DNA from: Macrostomum lignano
Taxonomy: Eukaryota
Assembly: GCA_002269645.1 (NCBI GenBank)
Contig: NIVC01005152.1
Coordinates: 1 to 24,647 of the forward strand
DNA length: 24,647 nucleotides
Direction: 5' to 3'
Shown: positions 12,079-24,647 of the stretch, in pieces
How the letters are laid out: each line of letters opens with the position of its first letter
How positions within the stretch are numbered: the first letter of the stretch is position 1
Translations under genes and position numbers: made by a program
Notes under the pieces: model-generated
What the model saw: only the letters and a program-made list of their open reading frames with translations
Databases searched by the model: none
Told to the model about the DNA's origin: nothing

Positions 12079-13168
12079 GGTACAGACTGCCAGTTAGCTC
12101 TCTTATTATTGTATTTCCAAGCATTTCCCAGGAAAGAAATTCCTGCAGAGGAACTGCAGCCTTGATCGCCGCAGCCATGGCATTGAGTCATGCAGCATAC
12201 AGCCGCTCGTATAAGCAAGCACGTGAGAGCCCCCCCCCCTCCCACCTCGCCTGGGTTGACAGCCAAAGGTGAAGCTTTTCAATACCTTTTGCCAAATCCC
12301 AGCTCCACTCCCCTCCCCACAAGCAGCCGCAAATAATAGAGAGCCTTGAATAATGAAGGCATCAGTTGTGTGCGTGTGGGGAGCGGTGGGGACCAATCTA
12401 CCCACAGAGGAAATGAAGTCATGGAGTCGGGCCAGAGCAATCGCTCAAAGCAAGAAAAAAATGGGCGCCCACATGCAGAGAGCTAGGGTTAAGAATCAGA
12501 TTTCAATTCAAGTCAAAGAAAATGGCTGCTAAAATTAACACTATGGCTTTAAATTGATACGATGGGGGGGGGGGGTCTCAGCTCGCTGTGAGAAAGAGCT
12601 CTCAAACACCTGGCCATGATTTTGTTCTGATGGACAGCTAGTTGACAGATGATAAGAGAATCCATAGCTGCTGAGAGACTGTAATATATTGTGCGTGGTA
12701 CAAATAACTATTTTTTTTAAACTTGGTTTAACCAAGGAACAGAAATTATTGGTTGCATTTACTTTAGTAGTAAGACATATAGATTAGCGATCTGCCTTAT
12801 GGCGTCTTAAAATGTGAAAATGAAGAAGCTTAGATTAGAGTTGCCTAATAATCTGGATTCTGGATCAAGTTGCCCTGACTCATACAGGATGGCCATGTGG
12901 GCCGCGAGTCAATTCTTTGACTAGTTGGCTCGGGGAGCAAGTGTTGAGGGCTATAAAGATTTGAGCGACAGCTGGTGGAACTGAACTGACACTTCCAGTC
13001 TCTCTCTTCGGCCTGCTTTGGAAATTTCTTAGTAGCTCGCACGAACTGTAGCACTTCGATTTATGATTTGGTCTGGCTACATTTGAGCAAAGAAATAATT
13101 TTCTTTTGTAAGTCTAGAGTACTCCACATGAATCACTCGCAGTATATGACACTACCTACAGATAGCCC

Positions 13169-14430
13169 GCAGTCTAGGGCACTCCAAATCTACAGCACCG
13201 GCAGTCTAGGGCACTCAAAACTACAGCACCGGAAGTATAGGGCACTCCAAAACTACAGCACCGGCAGTCTAGGGCACTCCAAATTTTCATCACTGGCAGT
13301 CTAGGGCACTCCAAATCCACTGCACCGGGAGTCTAGGCCACTTCAAATCTACAGCACCGGAAGTATAGGGCACTCCAAATCTACAGAACTTGCGGTCTAG
13401 GGCACTCCAAATCTACAGAACTTGCGGTCTAGGGCACTCCAAATCTACAGCACCGGCAGTCTAGGGCACTCCAAAACTACAGCACCGGCAGTCTAGGGTA
13501 CTCCAAATCTACAGCACCGAAGTATAGGGCACTCCAAATCTACAGTACTTGCGGTCTATGGCACTCCATATCTACAGCACTGGCAGTCTAGGGCACTCCA
13601 AATCCACAGCACCGGCAGTCTAGGGCACTCCAAATCTACAGTACTCGCAGTCTAGGGCACTCCAAATCTACATCACTGGCAGTCTAGGGCACTCCAAATC
13701 TACAGTACTCGCAGTCTAGGGCACTCCAAATCTACAGTACTCGCAGTCTAGGGCACTCCAAATCCACAGCACCGGCAGTCTAGGGCACTCCAAATCTACA
13801 GTACTCGCAGTCTAGGGCACTCCAAATCTACAGTACTCGCAGTCTAGGGCACTCTAAATCCACAGCACCGGCAGTCTAGGACACTCCAAATCTTCATCAC
13901 CGGCAGTCTAGGGCACTCCAAATCTACAGCACCGGCAGTCTAGGGCACTCCAAATCTACAGCAACGGCAGTCTAGGGCACTCCATATCTACAGCACTCGC
14001 AGTCTAGGGCACTCCAAATCTACAGTACTCGCAGTCTAGGGCACTCCAAATCCACAGCACCGGCAGTCTAGGGCACTCCAAATCTACAGCACCGGCAGTC
14101 TAGGGCACTCCAAATCTACAGCAACGGCAGTCTAGGGCACTCCAAATCTACAGCAACGGCAGTCTAGGGCACTCCATATCTACAGCACTCGCAGTCTAGG
14201 GCACTCCAAATCTACAGTACTCGCAGTCTAGGGCACTCCAAATCTACAGTACTCGCAGTCTAGGGCACTCTAAATCCACAGCACCGGCAGTCTAGGGCAC
14301 TCCAAATCCACAGCACCGGCAGTCTAGGGCACTCCAAATCCACAGCACCGGCAGTCTAGGGCACTCCAAATCCACAGCACCGGCAGTCTAGGGCACTCCA
14401 AATCCACAGCACCGGCAGTCTAGGGCACTC
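13169..14430 (+). repeat. 32-bp minisatellite, array B (~39 copies), abutting the exon 1 donor
   Basis: Seen directly; degenerate copies extend left to ~13110. Confidence 0.97.
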
Positions 14431-14432
14431 AC

Positions 14433-14898
14433 AAGCGAGTCGCACGTATCCCGGGCTGCTGACGACTTTCCTGTGGGTGTTGTTCAACTCAGGCACGCTG
14501 TTCCAAGCCTCGCAGTTGCAGAACAGCCGCCTGTCAGCTCCCAGCCAGCGTTGGGCATCCTCAAAGTCGATGGGGACGGAGAATCTCTGCCTCTCCGCTC
14601 TCTCGTGATCTGTCACAACGTCCACACGACGATTCAATGCCTGACCGTTGCAGTGGATGGTCACATAGGATGAATGATCGGCCACGCACTCGATGACCGC
14701 TGGCGACTTCGGGCTGACGTAGTAGTCGGATTTCGGCTGTTGAATCAGCCGTGGCGCCAACGGCAGGTGCTTCTCGCTGTCGCTGAGCTCGGGCACCTGG
14801 TTGCCTGTGAGTTTAGTAACAGCCAGACTGAGAGCTGATGCCGGCAGTACAGATATGATTAATAATGATGATATCAATAGACAATTGTCAAGCCACAT
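14433..14898 (-). CDS. unc-5: UNC-5-family netrin receptor, coding exon 1 (signal peptide + Ig1)
   Basis: Begins MWLDNCLLISSLLIISVLPASALS (hydrophobic, signal-peptide-like). Continues PRLIQQPKSDYYV..AVIECVAD..TIHCNGQ..LFCNCEAWNS..SSPGYVRLA, matching the four-cysteine UNC5 Ig1 pattern as I recall it (..CKA..FKCNGEW..YWCQCVAW..KAYIRIA). Ends GCT T|gtgagt; 466 nt = 155 codons + 1 (phase 1). Confidence 0.9.
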
Positions 14899-14936
14899 GA
14901 CTGAGTTCTACACCGCCTTCTGTTGGAGATTTGCAA
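14899..14936 (-). other. 5'UTR part of coding exon 1, behind a strong splice acceptor
   Basis: Minus strand reads tttatcttatatttcag|TTGCAAATC, with the AG at 14938-14937, 38 nt before the ATG. Confidence 0.55.
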
Positions 14937-15220
14937 CTGAAATATAAGATAAATTTACAGCTGAGAGAGTTTATAAGCTTGTGTGTGTGTCCCTCCCACA
15001 CTGCCTCCTACTCCCCACAGCCAACCAGCTTCACTGAATGATGGAGGTGAGAGTGCAGAGCCGTGAGCAGCGAGCCAATGAGGAAGCTTTGGAGAATGAA
15101 TTCAATGTCATAAGATTTTTATATAAAGGGATTTACTTAGACTGATGTCTGTCCAGTGTTGTAGCTTTACTGTGCTGGACATTCAAATTGTTGGGCAGAT
15201 GCTAACCTCGGTCCTCGATG

Positions 15221-16425
15221 GGGTCAAATCTCAGGGATGCTTAGAAGGGGTCAAATCTCAGGGATGCTTAGAGGGAGGGGTCAAATCTCAGGGATGCTTA
15301 GAAGGGGGTCAAATCTAAGGGATGCTTAGAGGGGGGGTCAAAACTTAGGGATGCTTAGAAGGGGGTCAAATCTAAGGGATGCTTAGAGTGGGGGTCAAAT
15401 CTCAGGGATGCCTAGAGGGGGGTCAAATCTCAGGGATGCTTAGAGGGGGGGGTCAAATCTCAGGGATGCTTATATGGGGGGTCAAATCTCAGGAATGCCT
15501 AGAGGGGGGTCAAATCTCAGGGATGCTTAGAAGGGGGGGTCAAATCTTAAAGGGGGTCGAATCTCGGAGGAGATGCTTCGAGGGGGGTCAAATCTCAGGG
15601 ATGCCTAGAGGGGGGGTCAAATCTCAGGAATGCCTAGAGGGGGGGTCAAATCTCAGCGATTTTAGAGGGGGGTCAAATCTCAGGGATGCCTAGAGGGGGG
15701 TCAAATCTCAGGGATGCTTATATGGGGGGGTCAAATCTCAGGAATGCCTAGAGGGGGGTTAAATCTCAGGGATGCTTATAGGGGGGGGGGTCAAATCTCA
15801 GGAATGCCTAGAGGGGGGTCAAATCTCAGGGATGCTTATAGGGGGGGGGGTCAAATCTCAGGAATGCCTAGAGGGGGGTCAAATCTCAGGGATGCTTAGA
15901 GGGAGGGGTCAAATCTCAGGGATGCTTAGAAGGGGGTCAAATCTCAGGGATGCCTAGAGGGGGGTCAAATCTCAGCGATGCTTAGAGGGGGGGGGTCAAA
16001 TCTCAGGGATGCTTAGAAGGGGGGTCAAATCTTAAAGGGGGTCGAATCTCGGAGGAGATGCTTCGAGGGGGGTCAAATCTCAGGGATGCCTAGAGGGGGG
16101 GTCAAATCTCAGCGATTTTAGAGGGGGGTCAAATCTCAGGGATGCCTAGAGGGGGGTCAAATCTCAGGGATGCTTATATGGGGGGGTCAAATCTCAGGAA
16201 TGCCTAGAGGGGGGTCAAATCTCAGCGATGCTTAGAGGGGGGGGTCAAATCTCAGGGATGCTTAGAAGGGGGGGGTCAAATCTTAGGGGGGTTCAAATCT
16301 CGGAGGAGATGCTTACAGGGGGTCAAATCTCTGAGGAGATGCTTACAGGGGGTCAAATCTCTGAGGAGATGCTTACAGGGGGCCAAATCTCTGAGGAGAT
16401 GCCTAGAGGGGGTCAAATCTCGAAT
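15221..16425 (+). repeat. ~28-31-bp minisatellite G(5-9)TCAAATCTCAGGGATGC(T/C)TAGA, ~40 copies
   Basis: Seen directly. The G-run length varies. A variant block (TCAAATCTTAAAGGGGGTCGAATCTCGGAGGAG) recurs at ~15540 and ~16025. Confidence 0.96.
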
Positions 16426-17329
16426 AATAGGTCAATGAAATTTCTGCTTTCGTTTACAGTCACTTTTTTTATCCCAAAAAACTCAAAAATCCCAAAAACT
16501 TGCCTTCTGAAGCAGCCAATGCAGACCCCTAAGCATGCTGCAACTCCACATCAAGGAGGAAGTCACTTGTCAACGCATGAAAACGTCCTTTGTTGTTCGC
16601 TAAGGTAAACTAGTCTTTTCCAGTTCACTTCTGGGCACAAAGTTAATTCGTACTCACAGAAAAGTGCATTTAAAGCTAACTTGGAAATTTCTCCTCTTTA
16701 GATTTTTTGCAAAATAATCAGAATTAATCAGAATCAACTTTTATTACACGAATTTAGTCACCGATGTCCTAATTTTACTACTACTAGTAGAGTAGTAAAA
16801 AATACTAAGAACATCGAATTCAAACCAAACGACGAAAAATTGACACAGACTGTCGCTTCTTCGACGAAAAAATGGAAAAAACACGGAGGGTTCACACTTT
16901 TTAGAGTTATGGCAAGGCAAAAAGTTATGAAAACTTTTTGCAGCAGCAATGGGCTCAGTCTATTGCGTTGGAGCTTGGAATTGTTGCTGCTGGAAGACTG
17001 CTACTAGAAGAATGAGGAACAGCATTGCTGCAGAGGGGCGGAGAGATCCGGTCGACAGATTAGGAAAGTAGACGGGAGGGGGGTCGGCAGAGTGCGGGGT
17101 GCAGACAGAAATGGGATGGGTGTTACTAAAGAAAAGGAGGCTGCGCGACCACCTGCGGAGCGGCAGCCGGCCCCCTCTTCATCAACTAGGCTAAGGGGAG
17201 TCACTCAGTTGTTTCTGTGAGCGCCACGATAAGATCCGCCAAGAAAGGCAAGCAGCCGGCCGATCTTATTCTTTTATTTGCCGCTGACATGACGGCTCTC
17301 ATGCGCGCATCTGATGTGAACTGACTATC

Positions 17330-18315
<986 letters not shown>

Positions 18316-18934
18316 CAAGTAACCCGCAGTTGCACAGGAGGCTGTGTACTATCATGATTAGCAATAGTATACTAGCAGTATTTGTTGCAGGATGCACAAA
18401 AGCATTCGAATATTCTTCACGTTGCTAGGGCTATCTTCCACAAGAAGAAAAACTGACCAGGAAAGCAGGCGAGAGAGAGGGAGAATCTGGTCCAACCTGA
18501 ATAAGGCGATGATGAAGAGAAGATGAAGCAGGCTTAACAACTGCCTCCGTGCCAGCCGGACACAGTGCTTGGTGGCAGAGGATCAGACAGACACGGCCAG
18601 AAATTAGAAACGATATAATGCCCGGGGAAGAAAGGAAACACGGGGGTTAATGATTGGTATTGGGGGCAAGGATAAACTAACTGTTATTCTAAGTTTGCGC
18701 CAGCGACACGGCAGGCCTGGGATTCTCTTACGCCTCCCACCGACCCCGCCTATCCAGACCGATTCGTCTACTTGGGCACCCGCTTTCTTGACCAGTGCAC
18801 GAACTATTCTTGCTGTCTTACATGCTGCCGGTTCACGCCTGTTGGCTTTCTCACCACCTCTGCATCTGCTTCTCTCCGTCTAATTCTCTGCATCTCTTTC
18901 TTTGAATTTCAGCCCCTCTGATCTTGACCGACCC

Positions 18935-20042
18935 TCTCTTTCCCACCCACTCTACCCTCTCTGTGCCAGCCTCTCTTTCCCACCCACTCTACCCTCTCTG
19001 TGCCACCCTCTCTTTCCCACCCACTCTACCCTCTCTGTGCCACCCTCTCTTTCCCACTCACTCTACCCTCTCTGTGCCAGCCTCTCTTTCCCACCCACTC
19101 TACCCTCTCTGTGCCACCCTCTCTTTCCCACTCACTCTACCCTCTCTGTGCCACCCTCTCTTTCCCATCCACTCTACCCTCTCTGTGCTACCCTCTCTTT
19201 CCCACTCACTCTACCCTCTCTTTCCCACCCTCTCTTTCCCACTCACTCTACCCTCTCTGTGCCACCCTCTCTTTCCCACTCACTCTACCCTCTCTGTGCC
19301 ACCCTCTCTTTCCTACCCACTCTACCCTCTCTGTGCCACCCTCTCTTCCCACTCACTCTACCCTCTCTGTGCCACCCTCTCTTTCCCACTCACTCTACCC
19401 TCTCTGTGCCACCCTCTCTTTCCCACTCACTCTACCCTCTCTGTGCCACCCTCTCTTTCCCACTCACTCTACCCTCTCTGTGCCACCCTCTCTTTCCTAC
19501 CCACTCTACCCTCTCTGTGCCACCCTCTCTTTCCCACTCACTCTACCCTCTCTGTGCCACCCTCTCTTTCCCACTCACTCTACCCTCTCTTTCCCACCCT
19601 CTCTTTCCCACCCTCTCTTTCCCACCCTCTCTTTCCCACCCTCTCTTTCCCACCCTCTCTTTCCCACCCTCTCTTTCCCACCCTCTCTGTGCCACCCTCT
19701 CTTTCCCACCCACTTTACCCTCCCTTTCCCACCCTCTCTGTGCCACCCTCTCTTTCCCACCCACTTTACCCTCTCTTTCCCACCCTCTCTTTCCCACTCA
19801 CTCTACCCTCTCTTTCCCACCCTCTCTTTCCCACCCTCTCTTTCCCACCCTTTCTTTCCCACCCTCTCTTTCCCACCCACTCTACCTTCTCTGTGCCACC
19901 CTTTCTTTCCCACCATCTCTTTCCCACCCACTCTACCCTCTCTTTCCCACCCTCTCTTTCCCACCCTCTTTCCCACCCACTCTACCCTCTCTTTCCCACC
20001 CTCTCTTTCCCACCCTCTCTTTCCCACCCTCTCTTTCCCACC
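18935..20042 (+). repeat. Pyrimidine-rich ~37-bp minisatellite (CCCTCTCTTTCCCACTCACTCTACCCTCTCTGTGCCA) grading into a 15-bp unit CCCTCTCTTTCCCAC
   Basis: Seen directly. Confidence 0.95.
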
Positions 20043-20495
20043 ATCTCATTCCCTGTTTTTATTACGCGTATCTCCCTCGCCTTTCCAACTCCACAAAACA
20101 GCTACATTGGTGCCACTCTTCCATCAGTGTGTCCCTCTTCGTGACCATATCAGCCATTCCATTCCAACCAAGAGTTTTCACCTTTAGCGGAATTTTAACT
20201 GGGCAAAATTCGAAACTAACGCCGAAAAAATAGCAGAGCGACAAACATTTCTTGCCCCACCCGCAGCCACCTCAACTGGTGTGTTGTTGCAGAACTGTCC
20301 GGCCGCCTGACTCGTTGCTGACGAGAGGGGGATGATGGCGAGAGACTGGAAAAGTCGCAAGACAACCGGATAAGAACAGGGTCAGTTTCTTTCTGGCGAC
20401 CGCCTGCCGACGTCATTCAAGGCTACAGAGCTGCCGCTGCGTCTGCTTATTATTGTTCACAGAAATCTCACTCGCCTCTCGTTAGCGCTGCTGTA

Positions 20496-20941
<446 letters not shown>

Positions 20942-21489
20942 ATCACGAAGCGCAGTATTTTAACCTTCTACGCGTCCTTTCTCGCGCAGCACCAATTATT
21001 TGCTTCCGCTGGCACGCAGTTTTGCCGGTTTGAGTTTTTTTACGAGCTTTGGCGCATGTCGCGCTTTCGCAGTAAGTGGGGAAGTGGAAAAGCGGGCTAA
21101 TCTGCGCAGAAGTTCATGGCGACCTTTTTAATATTGATCCAAGCCGCTAATCAATTGGTTTTACTGCTGCATTGAAGTTTTCTTTTCCAATTGGCAGCCG
21201 CACAACCAGAATTTTGCTTTTGAGAAAAGTTTAGAAACGTCGCAGTCTTTAAAATGTCTTTAAAATGGCCTGTGTTTCTACAGGATCCCAAATTTCAGAC
21301 AGTTTTACTGTTCAGTAAGTCTAGAAAAATGGAATACATTTGGAACTGCAAATCTGCTTTGAACTCTGATTGTTTGGCACAACAAGCATTGTAGCAGGGG
21401 CGGCGCCATGGATTTTACGGTGGGGGGAAGCCAAAAATTCTACATGTACTTAGTACGTGTACATTATTTTCAGGATTGGTGTTACCAGC

Positions 21490-22296
21490 GCTCATTTTGC
21501 ACTCATTTGGCGCCGCAGGCCCTCATTTTAGCGTCGCAGGAACTCATTTTAGCGCCGCAGGCACTCATTTTAGCGCCGCAGGCACTCATTTTAGCGTCGC
21601 AGGCACTCATTTTAGCGCCGCAGGAACTCATTTTAGCTCCGCAGGCACACATTTTAGCTCCGCAGGCACTCATTTTAGCGCCGCAGGCACTCATTTTAGC
21701 GCCGCAGGCACTCATTTTAGCGCCGCAGGCACTCATTTTAGCGCCGCAGGCACTCATTTTAGCGCCGCAGGCACTCATTTTAGCGCCGCAGGCACTCATT
21801 TTAGCTCCGCAGGCACACATTTTAGCTCCGCAGGCACTCATTTTAGCGCCGCAGGCACTCATTTTGCTCCGCAGGCACTCATTTTAGCGCCGCAGACACT
21901 CATTTTAGCGCCACAGGCACTCATTTTAGCGCCACAGGCACTCATTTTAGCGTCGCAGGCACTCATTTTAGCGCCGCAGGAACTCATTTTAGCGCCGCAG
22001 GCACTCATTTTAGCGCCGCAGGCACTCATTTTAGCGCCGCAGGCACTCATTTTAGCGCCGCAGGCACTCATTTTAGCGCCGCAGGCACTCATTTTAGCGC
22101 CGCAGGCACTCATTTTAGCGCCGCAGGCACTCATTTTGGCGTCGCAGGCACTCATTTAGCGTCGCAGGCACTCATTTCAGCGTCGCAGGCACTCATTTAG
22201 CGTCGCAGGCACTCATTTCAGCGTCGCAGGCACTCATTTCAGCGTCGCAGGCACTCATTTCAGCGTCGCAGGCACTCATTTCAGCGTCGCAGGCAC
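21490..22296 (+). repeat. 21-bp minisatellite GCAGGCACTCATTTTAGCGCC, ~38 copies
   Basis: Seen directly; the right end switches to TTTCAGCGTC and 20-bp variants. Confidence 0.97.
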
Positions 22297-22919
22297 TATA
22301 CTTTGTCGCCTTGAAGCAAATTTATTGATTCCAGTTGCGGCTGTTCTGCAGTTATTTTTATCAATATTATTCAAAGAGAGGAGATGCTGTCACAAGCCCC
22401 GCATTCGCACAAGCGTGCGCTGGCAGAGGCTTAACTTTGCTTTTATTTGAGACCGTGCCCTTGCCCCCCTCCAACCCGACTGTTAACACCTTGAGCATAT
22501 AGCGAGTTGACGACAGCCGATGCCTGCCTGGGTGACAACAGGATTCTGAGCTGGCAGTCAATCTCAAAGCTCCATTAGCGACACGTTACTGTTTGAACGG
22601 CCTTTCCAAAGGCCAATTTTTATAATCGTGCATCTACAAAGCTATTGCGTAATCAGCTGCGTCTGGCTAGAGCTCTTGAGCAGAAATTTGAGACCAAACA
22701 GACCATAGGAAAATCCTGACTCTCTTTCAGGTCGTTATGAGCTCTGCATGTCTGCTTGTCATGTTCGCGCAGACTGCGCTTGGGGGCGGCGACCCGCATC
22801 GAGAACCTTCAGCATCAGGTATTATGGGATTACTCGGGTGGGCTGAATTGGGAATTTGATCCCATCAATCTATAGGAATTTTGGCTGATTCGAGTATGAG
22901 TTGGCCTGACTGGGGAGAG

Positions 22920-24647
22920 CGGAGAGGAGATGAGAAAAAAGAAAAAGGGAAGAGTGCGATGGGGAAAGGGAGAAGGGGAGAGGGAGAAGGGAGAGGGAGA
23001 AGGGGAGAGAGAGAGGAGAGGGAGAAGGGGAAGAGGGAGAAGGGAGAGAGAGAAGGGAGAGAGAGAGAAGGGGAGAGCGAGAAGGGGAGAGTGAGAAGGG
23101 GAGAGTGAGAAGGGGAGAGGGAGAAGGGGAGAGGGAGAAGGGGAGAGTGAGAAGGGGAGAGTGAGAAGGGGAGAGTGAGAAGGGGAGAGTGAGAAGGGGA
23201 GAGTGAGAAGGGGAGAGTGAGAAGGGGAGAGTGAGAAGGGGAAAGGGAGAAGGGGAGAGGGAGAAGGGGAGAGGGAATAGGGGAGAGTGAGAATGGGAGA
23301 GGGAGAAGGGGAGAGAGAGAGGAGAGGGAGAAAGGGAGAGAGAGAGAGGAGAGGGAGAAGGGGAGAGAGAGAAGGGGAGAGAGAGAAGGGGAGAGGGAGA
23401 AGGGGAGAGAGAGAGGAGAGGGAGAAGGGGAGAGAGAGGAGAGGGAGAAGGGGAGAGAGAAGAGAGAGGAGAGAGAGGAGAGAGGAGAGGAGAGAGGAGA
23501 GAGAGTGAGAAGGGGAGAGTGAGAAGGGGAGTGTGAGAAGGGGAGAGTGAGAAGGGGAGTGTGAGAAGGGGAGAGTGAGAAGGGGAGAGTGAGAAGGGGA
23601 GAGTGAGAAGGGGAGAGTGAGAAGGGGAGAGTGAGAAGGGAGAGTGAGAAGGGGAGAGTGAGAAGGGGAGAGGAATAGGGGAGAGTGAGAAGGGAGAGGG
23701 AGAAGGGGAGAGAGAGAGGAGAGGAGAAAGGGAGAGAGAGAGAGGAGAGGGAGAAGGGGAGAGAGAGAAGGGGAGAGGAGAAAGGGAGAGGGAGAAGGGG
23801 AGAGGGAGAAGGGGAGAGTGAGAAGGGGAGAGTGAGAAGGGGAGAGAGAAGAGAGAGGAGAGAGAGGAGAGAGGAGAGGAGAGAGGAGAGAGAGTGAGAA
23901 GGGGAGAGTGAGAAGGGGAGAGTGAGAAGGGGAGAGTGAGAAGGGAGAGTGAGAAGGGGAGAGTGAGAAGGGGAGAGTGAGAAGGGGAGAGTGAGAAGTG
24001 GAGAGTGAGAAGGGGAGAGTGAGAAGGGGAAAGGGAGAAGGGGAGAGGGAGAAGGGGAGAGGGAGAAGGGAGAGGAATAGGGGAGTGAGAGGGGAGAGAG
24101 GGAGAAGGGAGAGAGAGAGGAGAGGGAGAAAGGGAGAGAAGAGAGGAGAGGGAGAAGGGGAGAGAGAGAGAGGAGAGGGAGAAGGGAGGGAGAAGGGAGA
24201 GGGAGAAGGGGAGAGGAGAAGGGAGAGAGAGAGAGAGGAGAGAGAGGAAGAGGAGAGAGAGAGGAGAGAGAGTGAGAAGGGGAGAGTGAAGGGGAGAGTG
24301 AGAAGGGAGAGTGAGAAGGGGAGAGTGAGAAGGGGAGGTGAGAAGAGGAGTGAGAAGTGGAGAGTGAGAAGGAGAGGAAAAGGGGAAGGGAGAAGGGAGA
24401 GGGAGAAGGGGAGAGGGAGAAGGGAGAGGGAATAGGGGTAGTGAGAAGGGGAGAGGGAGAAGGGGAGAGAGAGAAGGGGAGAGAGAGAAGGGGAGAGAGA
24501 GAGAAGGGGAAGAGAAGGGGAGAGTGAGAAGGGGAGGGGGAGAAGGGAGAGGGAGAAGGGAGAGTGAGAAGGGAGAGTGAGAAGGGGAGAGTGAGAAGAG
24601 AGTGAGAAGGGGAGAGTGAGAAGTGGAGAGTGAGAAGGGGAGAGTGA
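22920..24647 (+). repeat. Purine-rich satellite, core 14-bp GAGAAGGGGAGAG(T/G); runs off the right edge
   Basis: Seen directly; about 1.7 kb, nearly all G/A. Confidence 0.96.

Noticed and set aside
10329-13060. Short ORFs in the unique part of the exon 1-2 intron as a nested gene or transposon
   Set aside because: No recognisable motifs (RT, transposase, etc.) and no consistent exon chain.
9812-14430. 32-bp repeats as a CRISPR array
   Set aside because: Units are head-to-tail with no unique spacers, there are no cas genes, and the context is a spliceosomal intron.
9169-17176. AGGGGCCGGCTG (9169) and CAGCCGGCCCC (17164) as transposon TIRs
   Set aside because: Only ~11 bp, 8 kb apart, enclosing host exons, with no TSD or transposase.

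Overview
Animal (invertebrate) genomic DNA; roughly half of the window is tandem repeat. The only well-supported gene is the 5' part of a minus-strand UNC-5-family netrin receptor. I assembled four GT-AG coding exons by hand (14898-14433, 9718-9609, 8960-8777, 3284-3072). They join in frame (intron phases 1, 0, 1, 1) to encode signal peptide, Ig1, Ig2 and TSP1. TSP2, transmembrane, ZU5/UPA and death domains were not found and probably lie left of base 1. Introns and upstream DNA hold about 16 distinct micro/minisatellite arrays and one complete tRNA-derived CORE-type SINE with a 3' stem-loop and (ATT)n tail. Most long ORFs in the track are artefacts of these repeats. The most interesting observation is in the intron between coding exons 1 and 2, which looks like a tandem duplication of itself: the same 32-bp minisatellite lies at both ends, and an internal diverged copy of the real splice acceptor could act as a decoy or poison site. 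I found no convincing novel multi-gene system. Repeat style would fit a lophotrochozoan such as a flatworm, but that is unverified.
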